Source: Mobula hypostoma
Taxonomy: Eukaryota
Reading direction: 5' to 3'
Assembly: GCF_963921235.1 (NCBI RefSeq)
Contig: NC_086108.1
Location: 85,562,001-85,626,000, forward strand
Length of the DNA: 64,000 nucleotides
The translations under genes and the position numbers were made by a program. The notes beneath the pieces were generated by a model, which worked only from the letters and a program-made list of their open reading frames with translations, did no database searches and was not told the origin of the DNA. Below, piece after piece: positions 24,582 through 36,332 of the stretch; positions within the stretch are counted from its first letter, which is position 1, and the number at the start of each line of letters is the position of its first letter.

Positions 24582-27500
24582 GGACCATAGACCATAAGAT
24601 TTAGTAGCAGAATTAGGCCATTTGGTCCATTGAGTCTGCTCTGCCTTTTCATCATGGCTGAACCAATTTTCCTCTCAGCCCCAGTATTGTGCCTTCTCCC
24701 CGAATCCGTTCATGCCTTGACCAATTAAGAACCTATCAACCTCTGCCTTAAATATACATAAAGACTTCCTCAAAATGACCTGTCGCTCCACCTATCTTCA
24801 TGTTATCTGCAAACTTGGCAACAAAGCCATCAATTCCATCATCCAAATCATTGACATATGACATAAAAAAAATTGGTCCCAACACAGACCACTGTGGAAT
24901 ACTACTAATCACCGGCAGCCAGTCAGAAAAGGTTCCCTTTATTCCCACTCTTTGCTTCCTGCCAATCAGCCACTGCTTTATCCACGCTAAAATCTTTCCT
25001 GTAATACCATGGGATCATAGCTTGTTAAGCAGCCTCATGTGTGACAACTTGTCAAAGGCCTTCTGAAAACCCAAGTACATATCTTCAACCAATTCCCCTT
25101 GGTCTATCCTGCTTGTTATTTCTTCAAAGAATTTCAACAGATTTGTTAGACAAGATTTTCCCTCAAGGAAACCATGCTGACTACAGCCTATTTTATCATG
25201 CAACTCCAAAACCATATCATTAACAATTGACTCCAACATCTACGCAATCACTGAGGTCAGACTAACTGGCCTATAATTTCCTTTCTTCTGTTTCTCTCCC
25301 GTCTTGAAGAGTGGACAGACATTTGCAATTGCAATCTAGTGATTCTTGAAAGATCATTACTAATGCCTCCACAATTTCTTCAGCCACCTCTTTCAGAACC
25401 CTGCGACGTACACCATCTGGTCCAGGTGACTTATCCACCTTCAGACTTTGCAGTGTCCCAAGAATCTTCTCCCTAGTAATGGCAACTTCGTTCACCTCTG
25501 ACCCCTGACACTCAGGAGCTTCCACTATACTGTTGTGTCTTCCGCAGTGAAGACTGATACAAAATACTTATTCAGTTCATCTGCCATTTCCTTTTCACCG
25601 TTTACCAGCAATGTTTTCCAGTGATCCAATATCCAGTCTCACCTCTCTTTAACACTTTTTGTTTCTGAAGAATTTTTTGGTATTTTCTTTCATATTATTG
25701 ACTAGCTCACTTTCATATTCCATCTTTTCCTTCTTAATGGCTTTTCTAGTTGCCTTCTGTTGGTTTTTAAAGCTTCCCAATCCTCAAACTTCCCTCTAAT
25801 TTTTGCTCTATTATATGCCTTTAATGTTAGCTTTGACTTCCCTTATTAGCCACAGTTGTGTATACATTCCTCTTTGGGATGTATATATTCTGTGCCTTCC
25901 GAACTTCTTCCAGAAATTCCAGCCTTTACAGCTTTGCCATCATCCCTGCCAGTGTTCTTTTCCAATCAATTCTGGTCAACTACTCTTTCATGCCTCTAAT
26001 TCCTTTTACTCCACTGTAATACTGATGCATCTGATTTTAGCTTCTCCTTCTCTAATTGCAGAGTGAATCTGATTATATTATGTTCACTTGACCCAAAGGG
26101 TTCTTTTACCTTAAGGTCTCTAATTAATTCTGGTTCACCATGCAACATCTAATCCAGAATATCTGATCCTCTAGTGCGCTCAACCATGAGCTGCTCGAAA
26201 ATGCCATCTCACAGGCATTCCAGCAATTCCCCCTTCTGTAATCCAGGCACCAACCTGATTTTCCCAATCTACCTGCATATTGAAATCCCCATGACTATTG
26301 TAACATTGCCCTTTTGGCATGCATTTTCTATCTCCCGTTGTGACTTTTAGACCACATCCTTGCTATTGTTGGGGCTCTGTATATAATTCCCATCAGGGTC
26401 TTTTTGCCCTTGCAGTTCCTTAGCTGTATCCACAATGAGTCAACACTTCCAACCCTATGTCACCTCTTTCTAACGATATGATTTCATTTTTCTCCAACAG
26501 AGCAGTCTCCTTTACCTTCCTGCCTGTTCTTTCGATACAATGTGCATCCTTGGACTTTAAGTTCCCAGCTAAAGTCTTTCATCCATGATTCAGTAATGCC
26601 TACAACATCATACCTGCCAATCAGCAACTGTGCTGCAAATTCATATACAACACCTTCAGTCCTGTATTCACTCTTTTCAATTTTGTCCACCTTTTACATT
26701 GCAACTCATCCTGTTGGCTGCAATTTTGCCCTGTAACGGCCTCTCCTCACTACACATTGCCTCTGTGTGTAAACCAGCTACCATATCTTCAGCACTATTA
26801 TCCGCCTTTCCTACAATACTTCTTGCATTGAAATATAGGCAGTTCGGACACCAGTCACACCATACTCAACCTTTTGATTCCTAACTTTGTCTGAGGTCTT
26901 ACCAACACCTGCATCCACAACCTCTCCAGTAACTGTTCTGGCACTCTGGTTCCCATCCCCCTGCAACTCAGGCTTAAACCCCACCATGTAGCATTAACAA
27001 ACCTTCCCACTAGGATATTCGTCCCCCTCCAGTTCAGGTGTAAGCCGTCCCTTCTGTACAGGTCCCACCATCCCTGAAGAGAGTCCAATGATCCAAAAAT
27101 CTTATGCTCTCTCTGCTACACCAACTCCTTAGCCAAATAATAAACTATATAATCTTCCTAGTTCTATCCTCACTAGCACATGGCATGGGTAGAAATCCTG
27201 AGATCACAACCCTGGAAGTCCTGCCCTTTAACTTAGCACTTGAATCCCTGAATTCCCTATGCAGAGCCTTGTCACTTGTCCTACCAATGTCACTGGTACG
27301 TACATGGACCACGACTTCTGGCTGTTCACCCTCCCACTTAAGAATGCTGAGGATTTGACCCGCGATATCCCAGACCCTGGAACCTGGGAGGCAACATACC
27401 ATCCGGGAATCTTGTTCTCACCCACAGATCCTAACTAATGCCATTCCCCTAACTAACGAATCCCCTATCACCATAGTCTCCTCCCTTCCCTTCTGAGTCA

Positions 27501-27895
27501 CAGAAGTATACAGACCCAACCTCTGTGATTTCCTCTGCTAGGTCATTCCCCCATCTCCCCACCAACAGTATCCAAAGTGATGTACCTGTTGTTGAGGGGG
27601 ATGGCCACAGGGGTACTCTCCAGTGGCTCCTTAACCCCTTTCCCCTTCCTGACTGTCACCCAGTTTCCTGTGTCCTGCACCTTGGGCGTAACTACCTCTC
27701 TGTATGTCCTATCTATCACCCTCTTTGCCTCCTGAATGATCCAGAGTTCATCCAGTTCCAGCTCCAACTCCTTAAAATGGTTTGTTAGAAGCTGCAGCTA
27801 GTGCACTTGCAGTTGTAGTCGTCAGGTACACTGGAGGTCTCCCTGCCTTCCTGCATTCTGAAAGAGGAGCATTTCGCTATCCTGCCTTGCATTTC
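24582..27895 (-). mobile_element. CR1 LINE with ORF1 (Cys-rich N-terminus, coiled coil, SGNH-esterase-like) and ORF2, internally deleted in the RT C-terminus
   Basis: ELELDELWIIQE, VCCLPG, VVVHV, DGLHLN (ORF1); KSPGPDG, FQKAFDK, KFADNMK (ORF2); junction near 24770 joins RT directly to the 3' end. Confidence 0.93.
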
Positions 27896-27912
27896 TACTG
27901 GTTCACCCCTCC

Positions 27913-28225
27913 TGTCAGGATACGTAGAGGTTGCTTGACCCAAATGCAGAGTAGTGGGGAAGATTTAGTGGTAACGATCATTTTAATAATAAACTGCAAA
28001 AGGGGCCAGAGACTAAAAGAGAATGGATATTTAACATGACAGGGCAACAAGGTAACTGAAGATTAGGAGCATCTGGATGAGGCTGGTTGGTTTGTATGAG
28101 TAAACAGGGATTGTGGGTGAGAGCTGGGTTTAAATAGGCTGCAGGTGATGAATTGGAAACAAGTGACAGGTGATTCCAGAGAGATGGGTGGAGACTAGGA
28201 GGTGTCTGCCTGTGCAAGCTTGATA
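27913..28225 (-). repeat. Gypsy LTR, 313 bp (solo LTR or 5' LTR of the 18404-24575 element)
   Basis: TGTCA...TGATA termini; homologous to 18404-20243; flanks CCTCC/CCTAC. Confidence 0.85.
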
Positions 28226-28915
28226 CCTACACCATCTGCTATGTTCAGCAACTGTTAAAAATCTCCCAGTGAATGTCAGGAACCAAATTACAGTGTACTT
28301 TATCTGATATTCTTGCTTGTTTTGACTTAATTTTTGGTTTATAGTGTCTGAACTTTTCTTGAGCATTCAGTTATATTTAAAAAACCTACTAAAATTTTCT
28401 TCATTTGCAGAAGGAATTTATCAAAATGAAAATGAAGATTAGCTCAGTTGGTGTGGTTGGGTGGTGTCCTGGAAAATCTTAGCATACTTACCATGTTCTC
28501 ATGAGCATTGGCCTAAACTGATCAACCTTCCTTCATCCCATGAACTAACCTTGTGATCCTTCTCTGACATCTATTCGTATTCCCATTTGCCTAAATACTA
28601 GTGCAATAACAATTATTTATTTTACTGAGGATGCGTATAACCGTATTAATTCGTGCTATTATTAACTTACAAGGGAAATTTCTGCACTAATGTAGAATAG
28701 AACTGCATTGCTTGCAATAGACATTTATGTTATTGACTGGAAGGTTTCCTGTTGCTAATGCATTCTTAGGAAATGGAGTACTGTTTGTGCCACAGCTTTA
28801 ATTAATAGTACCCAAATCATTTTACAATGCAATATGGGGAATAGAAAGTTAAATTTGAAATGTAAAAAAAAGTTATTAGCAGTATTTTCATTTTTGTTCC
28901 TCTACAATTCTCTGT

Positions 28916-29100
28916 GGGGTGTCAGGGAGGGGTAGCACCTCTGTTGGGGGAACATGTTGCGTCCTCTTCAAGGCTGTTAGTCCACCTTTGGTCCCCACCT
29001 GGCACTCAGCTCTCTCCTGTGGCTCCTCGTAGCTGTTTGCATGCGACAGCGGCCACACTCCGGGCAACGGCCTCGACAAGCCGGCTAAACCAGGTGAGGG
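28916..29100 (+). ncRNA. HDV-like (delta-like) self-cleaving ribozyme fold
   Basis: P1 GGGGUGU 28916-28922 / ACACUCC 29055-29061; P2 29010-29020 / 29089-29100; P3 GGC 29021-29023 / GCC 29052-29054; L3 UCCUCGU 29024-29030; P1.1 GG 29062-29063; GCAA; P4 CGGC/GCCG; J4/2 GCUAA with catalytic-C equivalent at 29085. Confidence 0.85.
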
Positions 29101-29425
29101 TAGCCGATGGGTCTCAAAACTTCAGTGAGATAGAGAAGTGTCTATCCCAGTATGTGAAGACAGACTCTGGTGGATTGAGCGGACGAGACCAATGGAAGGT
29201 TCAATGGTCAAGAAGGTGGTCTCTGCAAGCATTGTGGAATGTGTAGAGTATGACAAGACACAAAAGATGTCCTGGTCGTCCACTGCGCCTAGTCCTATCT
29301 CCAGCCATCTGAACTCTGTCTTGCCACTGGATCCAGATGGGAATTGGGAAGAGAGAGTGAGGCTGATGCTGCACAACTTTCCTTCACTTAAATCCAAATC
29401 AAGCGCTAGTCTTGACACCATCATT

Positions 29426-29560
29426 AGCCGGCTGGTGGCATAGTGGCATCAGCGCTGGACTTTGGGGTGAGAGGTCCTGAGTTCAAATCTGGCCTGCTCC
29501 CTTGCACGCTTTCCATCCATGCTGGGTTGAGCATCGAGCTAGCAACTCGACCTCGTAAAG
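29426..29560 (+). mobile_element. Short tRNA-derived SINE inserted in the RTE-type element
   Basis: A-box TGGCATAGTGG, B-box GAGTTCAAATCT, short unique 3' part ending GTAAA. Confidence 0.75.
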
Positions 29561-29884
29561 AGTACTAATGGTGTCAAGGTCTTCATCGATGACGATGGAT
29601 GAACCTTATTTAAGAGCTAGAAGAAAACACGTAAAGAGTTACATTTTATGGATCTGATTGAATGTGCACAGCACAAAAGGTTCAGGATAAATAAAATCAC
29701 TCTTCTGGTTGATTTGACCTTTCTTCTGTGGGTGTCTGGTGCTGCACTGAGTGTTGCATGTTGCATGGCACTGTGAAGAGACTGCAAACCTCTCCCTTTA
29801 GGGATAAGTAAATATCCAGCTGCAGGTATGAGTGGAAGCTCAAACTTAATGTTATGCTGTGGTGCTCTGTCATTAGTATTTAGT

Positions 29885-30150
29885 GATTTATTGAGATTCA
29901 GAGCAGAGTATGCCTTTCCGGCCCTTTGAGCTGCATCTGCCGGCAACCCCTGATTTAACCATAGCCTAATCGTGGAACAAATTACAATGACTAAGTCACC
30001 TATAAACCAGTACGTCTTTGGATTGTGGGAGGAAACCAGAACACCTGGAGGAAACCAACATGGTTATCGGGAGAACGTACAAAATCTTTACAGACAACGG
30101 CGGGAACAGAACCTGCGTCGCTGATATTGTAAAGCATTATACCACCACAG
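29885..30150 (-). mobile_element. V-SINE/HE1-like SINE
   Basis: Minus strand GGTTTCCTCCAGGTGTTCTGGTTTCCTCCCAC...CCAAAGACGTAC core and CR1-like tail. Confidence 0.85.
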
Positions 30151-30249
30151 TATATTTTATTGCTCTTGAGAAATTACCAAAGTAGATTACCAAAACATAT
30201 TGTATATTTAGGTTAGTTTGGAATGACTAAAACAGCAATTGCCCTGTTT

Positions 30250-30745
30250 TAGAACACAGCACATAGAACACAAAACAGGATGTTGTGATGATCTTTTAAC
30301 CCTATTCCAAGGTCAGCTTAACCCTTCCCTCCAACATAGCTCTCCACTTTTCCTTTCATTCATTTACCTATCTAAGTGTCTCTTAAATCTTCATGTATTT
30401 GCCTCTAGCACCACCCCTGCCAGTGCGTTTCACACACTTACCATTCTCTGTGTAAATAAAACTTACCTCTGACATCCCCCATTTGCTTTTCTTCAATCAC
30501 CTGAAAATTATGTGCTCTCTTATTAACCTGGGAAAAAGTGCTGGCTGTTCACTCTATCTATTGCCTCTTCTCATTACGTACACCTCTATCAAGTCACATC
30601 TCATCCTCCTTTGCTCCAAAGAGAAGAGCCCCAGCTCACTCAACCTTCTCCTCATAAGACATGCTCTGTAGTCCAGGCAGCACCCTGGAAAATCTCCTCT
30701 GCACCCCCTGTAAGGCTTCCACATTTTTCCTATAATGAGGTGAAC
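30250..30745 (-). mobile_element. CR1 3' fragment
   Basis: RLSELGLFSLEQRRMRCDLIEVY in ORF 30554-30796. Confidence 0.88.
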
Positions 30746-31124
30746 GGAAGTTTCATTTGTTGGAAAAGAAACAGGGAGATATTCAAGACAATACAAAAAC
30801 CCAGACTCTCAATTTACCAGAATAATGGCTTTGGCAGGATTATGAAACACCACCTCATGCCAAGGGCCTTAACAAGTGAGCTGCTTGCAAAATTTAGCGG
30901 TGGCAGAAGTACCTTCTGAAAGTGGAAGAGTGACTTGTTTTTCTTTTCAGGAAATCAGAAGTGAAAGCAATGAGCTCCTGAGTTACTGGCAAAACTCTGA
31001 GGTAGTCTGGCAGGCTGAACTCCCTTATTAATCTGTAGCAATTTAGATGAAATAGAATATGATGATATCACTTAATAACTTTGGGTGGATTCCTTGTAGA
31101 GCTTCCCAGTAAGTTCTTCATATT

Positions 31125-31372
31125 CACCACAACATTGAACTCAACTTATGAACTTGCTTTCAAAGACTCTACAGCTCATGTTCTCAGCATTATATTTATC
31201 TTTTTAACAATGTGTTTCTTCTTTTGCACATTGGTTGCTTGTCAGTATTTGAATGTAGTATTTCACTGATTCTTCTCTGTTCTACTATGATTGCCAGCAT
31301 GAAAATGAATTTCAGGATTGTGTTTGCTGACAGATACCTACTTTGATAATAAATTTACTTTGAACTTTGAAC
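31125..31372 (+). mobile_element. Rex1-type 3' UTR fragment
   Basis: TTTCAAAGACTCTACAGCTCATGTTCTC and tail TTTGATAATAAATTTACTTTGAACTTTGAAC. Confidence 0.85.
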
Positions 31373-32379
31373 CTCATTGATGGCAGGCAGAATGGAACCC
31401 TTCACAGCTTTTCCACCCTTTGATTCTGGATTTTGCACGAATCATGTCACAATGGCGACAGTGGCATATCAGTGCACTGGCAGCACCTGTGATGTCATGA
31501 CTGGTTATTTGCATATCGCAGCTTCAATGACCTGATTCAGCTGTCTTCAGAATTCTTTTCTGAGTTGATTCGGGCTTGTAGCTTGATTAAAATATCATTA
31601 AGCAAAGAAAAAAAAGTACTTTTTTTTGCAAAATCCACAATTGTGCACTATGAACTACTATACAGTAAAGGTCAAAATAATCTGTTCTAATTTTAACATG
31701 GCTATAAGCAACTGGAGCCAAGGTTTCTTCCATTCCATGTCTTTTCCATCAGGAACAGTCAACGAGGAGTGCCTGTATTCCTCAATAAAACATCAAAAGC
31801 TATAAAATTACATCAAAGTAATGTGGTCTGGTTTAAATCTGAGGTTGTGGGCATAGGAGTTAACACTTTATTCTTTACCTGTTCCCAGATGTCACCAGAA
31901 AGGAGAAAATCAATAATGGTAGAAAAACACCCTCGAGAAAAAAAAACTGTCCATTCATCTGGTACATTGGCCTTGAATTGAATTGTAGTGTAACATTTTA
32001 CTAGCAAGTGCCAGCAATGATGGGTATTCTTTATATGGCTGGAGAGCCTTTGGTCTAGAACGAGACATTGTGGATTTCAATCCCTACGTGAGAACATGCT
32101 GGAAATGTGCAGCATACCAGAGAACTTCTGAAGAAGTAAATGGATTAATATCCTACATTAGTCTTTGAATTTCTGACAGATCATTTAGTCAAGTTAATCA
32201 ATTCAAAGATATATAATGAGATATTGACATTGAGAAGGTGTGTGTTAAATCAGGTAGAAAAAAAATTATAATTCAGTGAGATGGGCCGGAAGCAACATAA
32301 TACGGATACAGAATTTCAACAGGTATCAACAGATTAGGCAGTCTCTCCGCAGAGAGAGATGTTAAAATGCCTGGTGAAA

Positions 32380-34925
32380 TTTTGAGAAATAGGGAATGGG
32401 ATGAGGGAACAAAAGGGAAATTACAGAAAAGTGGAAAGCAGAATTAATAAATTGCAAAAAGAGATGACTACACAAGGCAAAAAAAGGCGTTAAAGGAACA
32501 ATTGAAGAACTTGGAAAATAAGTACAATTCCTTGAACTAACGCTAAGGTTCCCTTATAAAGGGAAGATGAAATACAGATAGGGTGAGTCTCTTACAGAAT
32601 TCCTCTTTTCAGTCTGCAAGCATGTCTCCAAGCTTCCATCCACATATTCCATAGTTTTTCAACTTAATTATCACTTTAATGATTCAAAAGGGAGGAAGGC
32701 AGAAAATTCAGACCAGCTAGTTACCTTAACATCTGTCATTGGAAAAATGTTAGAAATGGTTTCTGAAAAATTGTAGTAGAGCAGTAAGACATTTTTAAAG
32801 GAATCATACGAAGTCAAAGTGGCTTAATGAAAGGGAAATCATGTTTGATGAATTAACTGGGGTTCTTTGAAGAAGTTACATGTGTTGTGGGTAAGGGGGA
32901 GCTGGTGCATGTATTGTGCAGATTTTTGGATAGGGATCTGTATGCAAAGTTATTGTGGAAAAGAAAACTTCATGGTGCAAGAGGTAACATTGGCACGGGA
33001 TAGTAGACTGGCCGGCTTAAAAAAACACTGAAAAGGCATAACAAGACCTTTTAACTATATAACCATATAACAATTACAGTACGGAAACAGGCCATCTTGG
33101 CCCTTCTAGTCCATGCTGAACTCTTACTCTCACCTAGTCTCACCGACCTGCACTCAGCCCATAACCCTCCTTTCCTTTCCTGTCCATATATTTATCCAAT
33201 TTAACTTTAAATGACAACATCGAACCTGCCCCAACAACTTCTGCTGGAAGCTCGTTCCACACAGCTACCACTCTCTGAGTAAAGTAGTTCCCCCTCATGT
33301 TACCCCTAAACTTTTGCCCTTTAACTCTCAACTCGTGTCTTCTTGTTTGAATCTCCCTTACTCTCAATGGAAAAAGCCTATCCATGTCAACTCTATCTAT
33401 CCCCCTCATAATTTTAAATATCTCTATCAAGTCCCCCCTCAACCTTCTACGTTACAAAGAATAAAGACCCAACTTGTTCAACCTTTCTCTGTAACTTAGG
33501 AGATGAAACCCAGGTAACATTCTAGTAAATCTTCTCTGTACTCTCTCAATTTTTTTGACATCATTCCTATAATTCGGTGACCAGAACTGTACACAAATAC
33601 TCCAAATTTGGCCTTCCCAATGCCTTGTACAATTTCAACATTACATCCCAACTCCTATACTCAATGCTCTGATTTATAAAGGCCAGCATACCAAAAGCTT
33701 TCTTCACCACCCTATCCACATGAGATTCCACCTTCAGGGAACTATGCACCAATATTCCTAGATCCCTCTGTTCTACTGCATTCTTCAATGTCCTACCATT
33801 TACCATGTATGTCCTATTTTGATTAGCACCTCACATTTATCAGCATTAAACTCCATCTGCCATCTTTCAGCCCACTCTTCTAACTGGCCTAAATCTCTCT
33901 GCAAGCTTTGAAAACCTACTTCATTATCCACAACTCCACCTATCTTAGTATCATCTGCATACTTACTAATCCAATTTACCACCCCATCATCCCATTTTCT
34001 GGTCAGCAAGATTTAATGATTAGTGTGTTGGAGGAATCAGTGCTTGGCACTCAGCTTCTTACAACGTAATGACTTGAATGAAAGCATTGAAAGCATAGTT
34101 ACTGGCATTCCACACAGCATAGGTAAGAAAGTATTATAATGACAAATTAAGGAACCTACTAATAGGTATAGATAAGTTTATTGCATTACCAGTGATCTGG
34201 CAAATGAAATATAATGTGAAAAAAGGGGAAAATGTCCATTTTGGCAGGAAAAATATGGTGAGAGGTTACAGAGCCCAGAGAGGCAGAGGGATCTGAGTAC
34301 CCTAGTGAATAATTACAAATGCTAGTAGGAAGGTGCATCAAATTATCAGGAAAGATGTGCAGTTATCACTGAAGAATTAAACACAAAAGTAAGGAGGTTA
34401 TGATCTGGTTATACAGAATGTAGGTGAACCCAGATCTGGAGTACTGTGTACACTTTCTGTGCTCTCAATTGAGGAAAGATATTAATACATTTGAAGGATT
34501 TACTAAATTAATACCTGGATGAGCAGACTGTCTTATTGTGATAGAATGGATAGGCTAGGCTTGAATCCACTGGAATTTAGGAGAATAAGAGGTGGTTTGG
34601 TAGAAACATGCATAGGATACTGAGGTGGATGTAGAGAGAATGTTTTCTATTATGGAATCTAGAACAAGACTTCACTGATTTTAAAAATAAGGGTTTAATC
34701 ATGTAAGACAGAGTTGAGACATTTGATCTTTTTTAACTGGGTTGTGAGTCTTTGCAGCTTTCTTCAAAGTGTAGTGGAAGCAGAAATAAATTTAAAGTGG
34801 AGGTAGGTAAATTTCAGATAAGCAATGGGGTTAAAGGTTATTATGGGTAAATGGAATATGGAGTTGAGGTTGCAGTCAGATCATGAATGGTGGAGTCAGC
34901 TCACAGGGCTGAGTGGCCCACTCCT
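32380..34925 (+). mobile_element. Old, heavily degenerate CR1 ORF2 copy, interrupted at 33057-33992
   Basis: LTSVIGKMLE, GKSCL, SVLG, LEYCV, RLGL.PLEFRRIRG remnants; left boundary uncertain. Confidence 0.8.
33057..33992 (-). mobile_element. Younger CR1 3' fragment nested in the old CR1
   Basis: SKYADDTKIGG, LYKALGRPNLEY, RGDLIEIFKIMRG; TATATGGT-type tail. Confidence 0.95.
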
Positions 34926-34927
34926 TA

Positions 34928-35460
34928 TCGTCCTCTACTGCCATGAGGCCACCTCGGGCTGAAGGAGCAACACATCATATTCTGTCTGTATATGATGGCA
35001 TAAACATCAATTTCTCTAACTTGTAGTAATATCTCCCCCCACCCCTTCTCTCTTTTTCCATTCTCCCTTCTGGCTCCCTTCTTACCCCTTACCCTTTGTT
35101 TTCTCCTCACCTGCCCTCCTCCTTCCCTTTCTCCCATGGTTCACATTCCTCTCCTATCAGATTCCTTCTTCTTCAGCCCTTCACCTCTTCCACCAATCAC
35201 CTTCCAGCTTCTGACTTCATTCCCCCTCCTGCACCCACCCATTTTCCCACTCAACAGGTTTCACCTATCACCTGCCATCTTGTTCTCTATCATCTTTCAT
35301 TTTGGTTTCTTCCCCCTTCCTCTCAATTCCAGATGAAGGGTCTCGGCTGGAAACATAGAATGTGTATTCCTCTCCATAGGTGTTGCCTGATCTACTGAGT
35401 TCCTCCCGCATTTTGTGTGTGCTCCTCAAGATTTCCAGCATTTGCAGAGTTTCTTGTGTT
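34928..35460 (+). mobile_element. PLE 3' fragment with mutated hammerhead at 35325-35362
   Basis: AUUC CAGAUGA A GGGUCUCGGCUG GAAA CA UA GAAU; standard terminal module follows. Confidence 0.9.
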
Positions 35461-36332
35461 GCGATCCTAACATATACATTCCTTCATAATGGAATCCTAA
35501 TCTCACTTCCACATATTGTGTTCAAGGGATTGAGATGGCAGCGTATAAATGGTGGCAGTTTCAGTACCTTCTACTTTAAACTGATCTCTATTGCTCCTAA
35601 TGAGCTCAAAGAGAAAACAGAGACTAAGCAAGAACTGCTAATAGTAGAAAATACTTAAAAAGCAGATAGTATGAGACATTATTATTAAGAAGCAAGCTGA
35701 AATTTATTCAGGAGTTGTATTGTATTTGAAACAACCATTGAAATTGAATTCAAATGTGTGTTGAAAATTCTTCAGAAGTCAGATCCAGCGGAACCTGCAA
35801 TTTCAGCAGAGAAAGAACCTTTTCCATTTAGTTTATAATTTTATTTTTTGACAAATATGAGAAATGTGCATTAGCTTGAGGATTCTGATCTGATTCAGTT
35901 TAGTGAGATATGAACCATCTCCCAGTATTCTTCCGGTGATGAATAAATAAAATGAAGTAACATTATCCATAATATGAAAACTTTATCATTGTCCAATAGA
36001 AAATGTGATATACCTTGTGAGGAAGTTGTTCAGGGGAGCCTCTGTTTTGATCTGCTTGAGAAGCAACATCACTAGCTGGAAAACTCTTCAGTGATAAGGA
36101 AATGGAGCACAAGAGATTAGATGAATCCTAAATTTTCATAATGGCAGGCAGCTGTATGACATGATTAAAAAAAACTGTAAGTATTTCCAACATTCATATC
36201 AAAAGTCTCTGATGTTCCAAGGAAGAAAACTCAAAGTTGAACAAATGTTTTGGAGGAAAGCACTGAAAGCTGGTTCCTGTTGGGGTAATTATGATGTCGA
36301 TTGGATCACTATCTTAATGTAGTAAAATACAC

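Larger units (their letters stand above)
28916..29605 (+). mobile_element. Non-autonomous RTE-type retroposon headed by an HDV-like ribozyme
   Basis: 5' ribozyme fold; no recognisable protein ORF; 3' end CCTTCACTTAAATCCAAATC...GGTCTTCATCGATGACGATGGATGAAC resembles the 3' ends of vertebrate RTE elements and RTE-mobilised SINEs (from memory). Confidence 0.7.
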
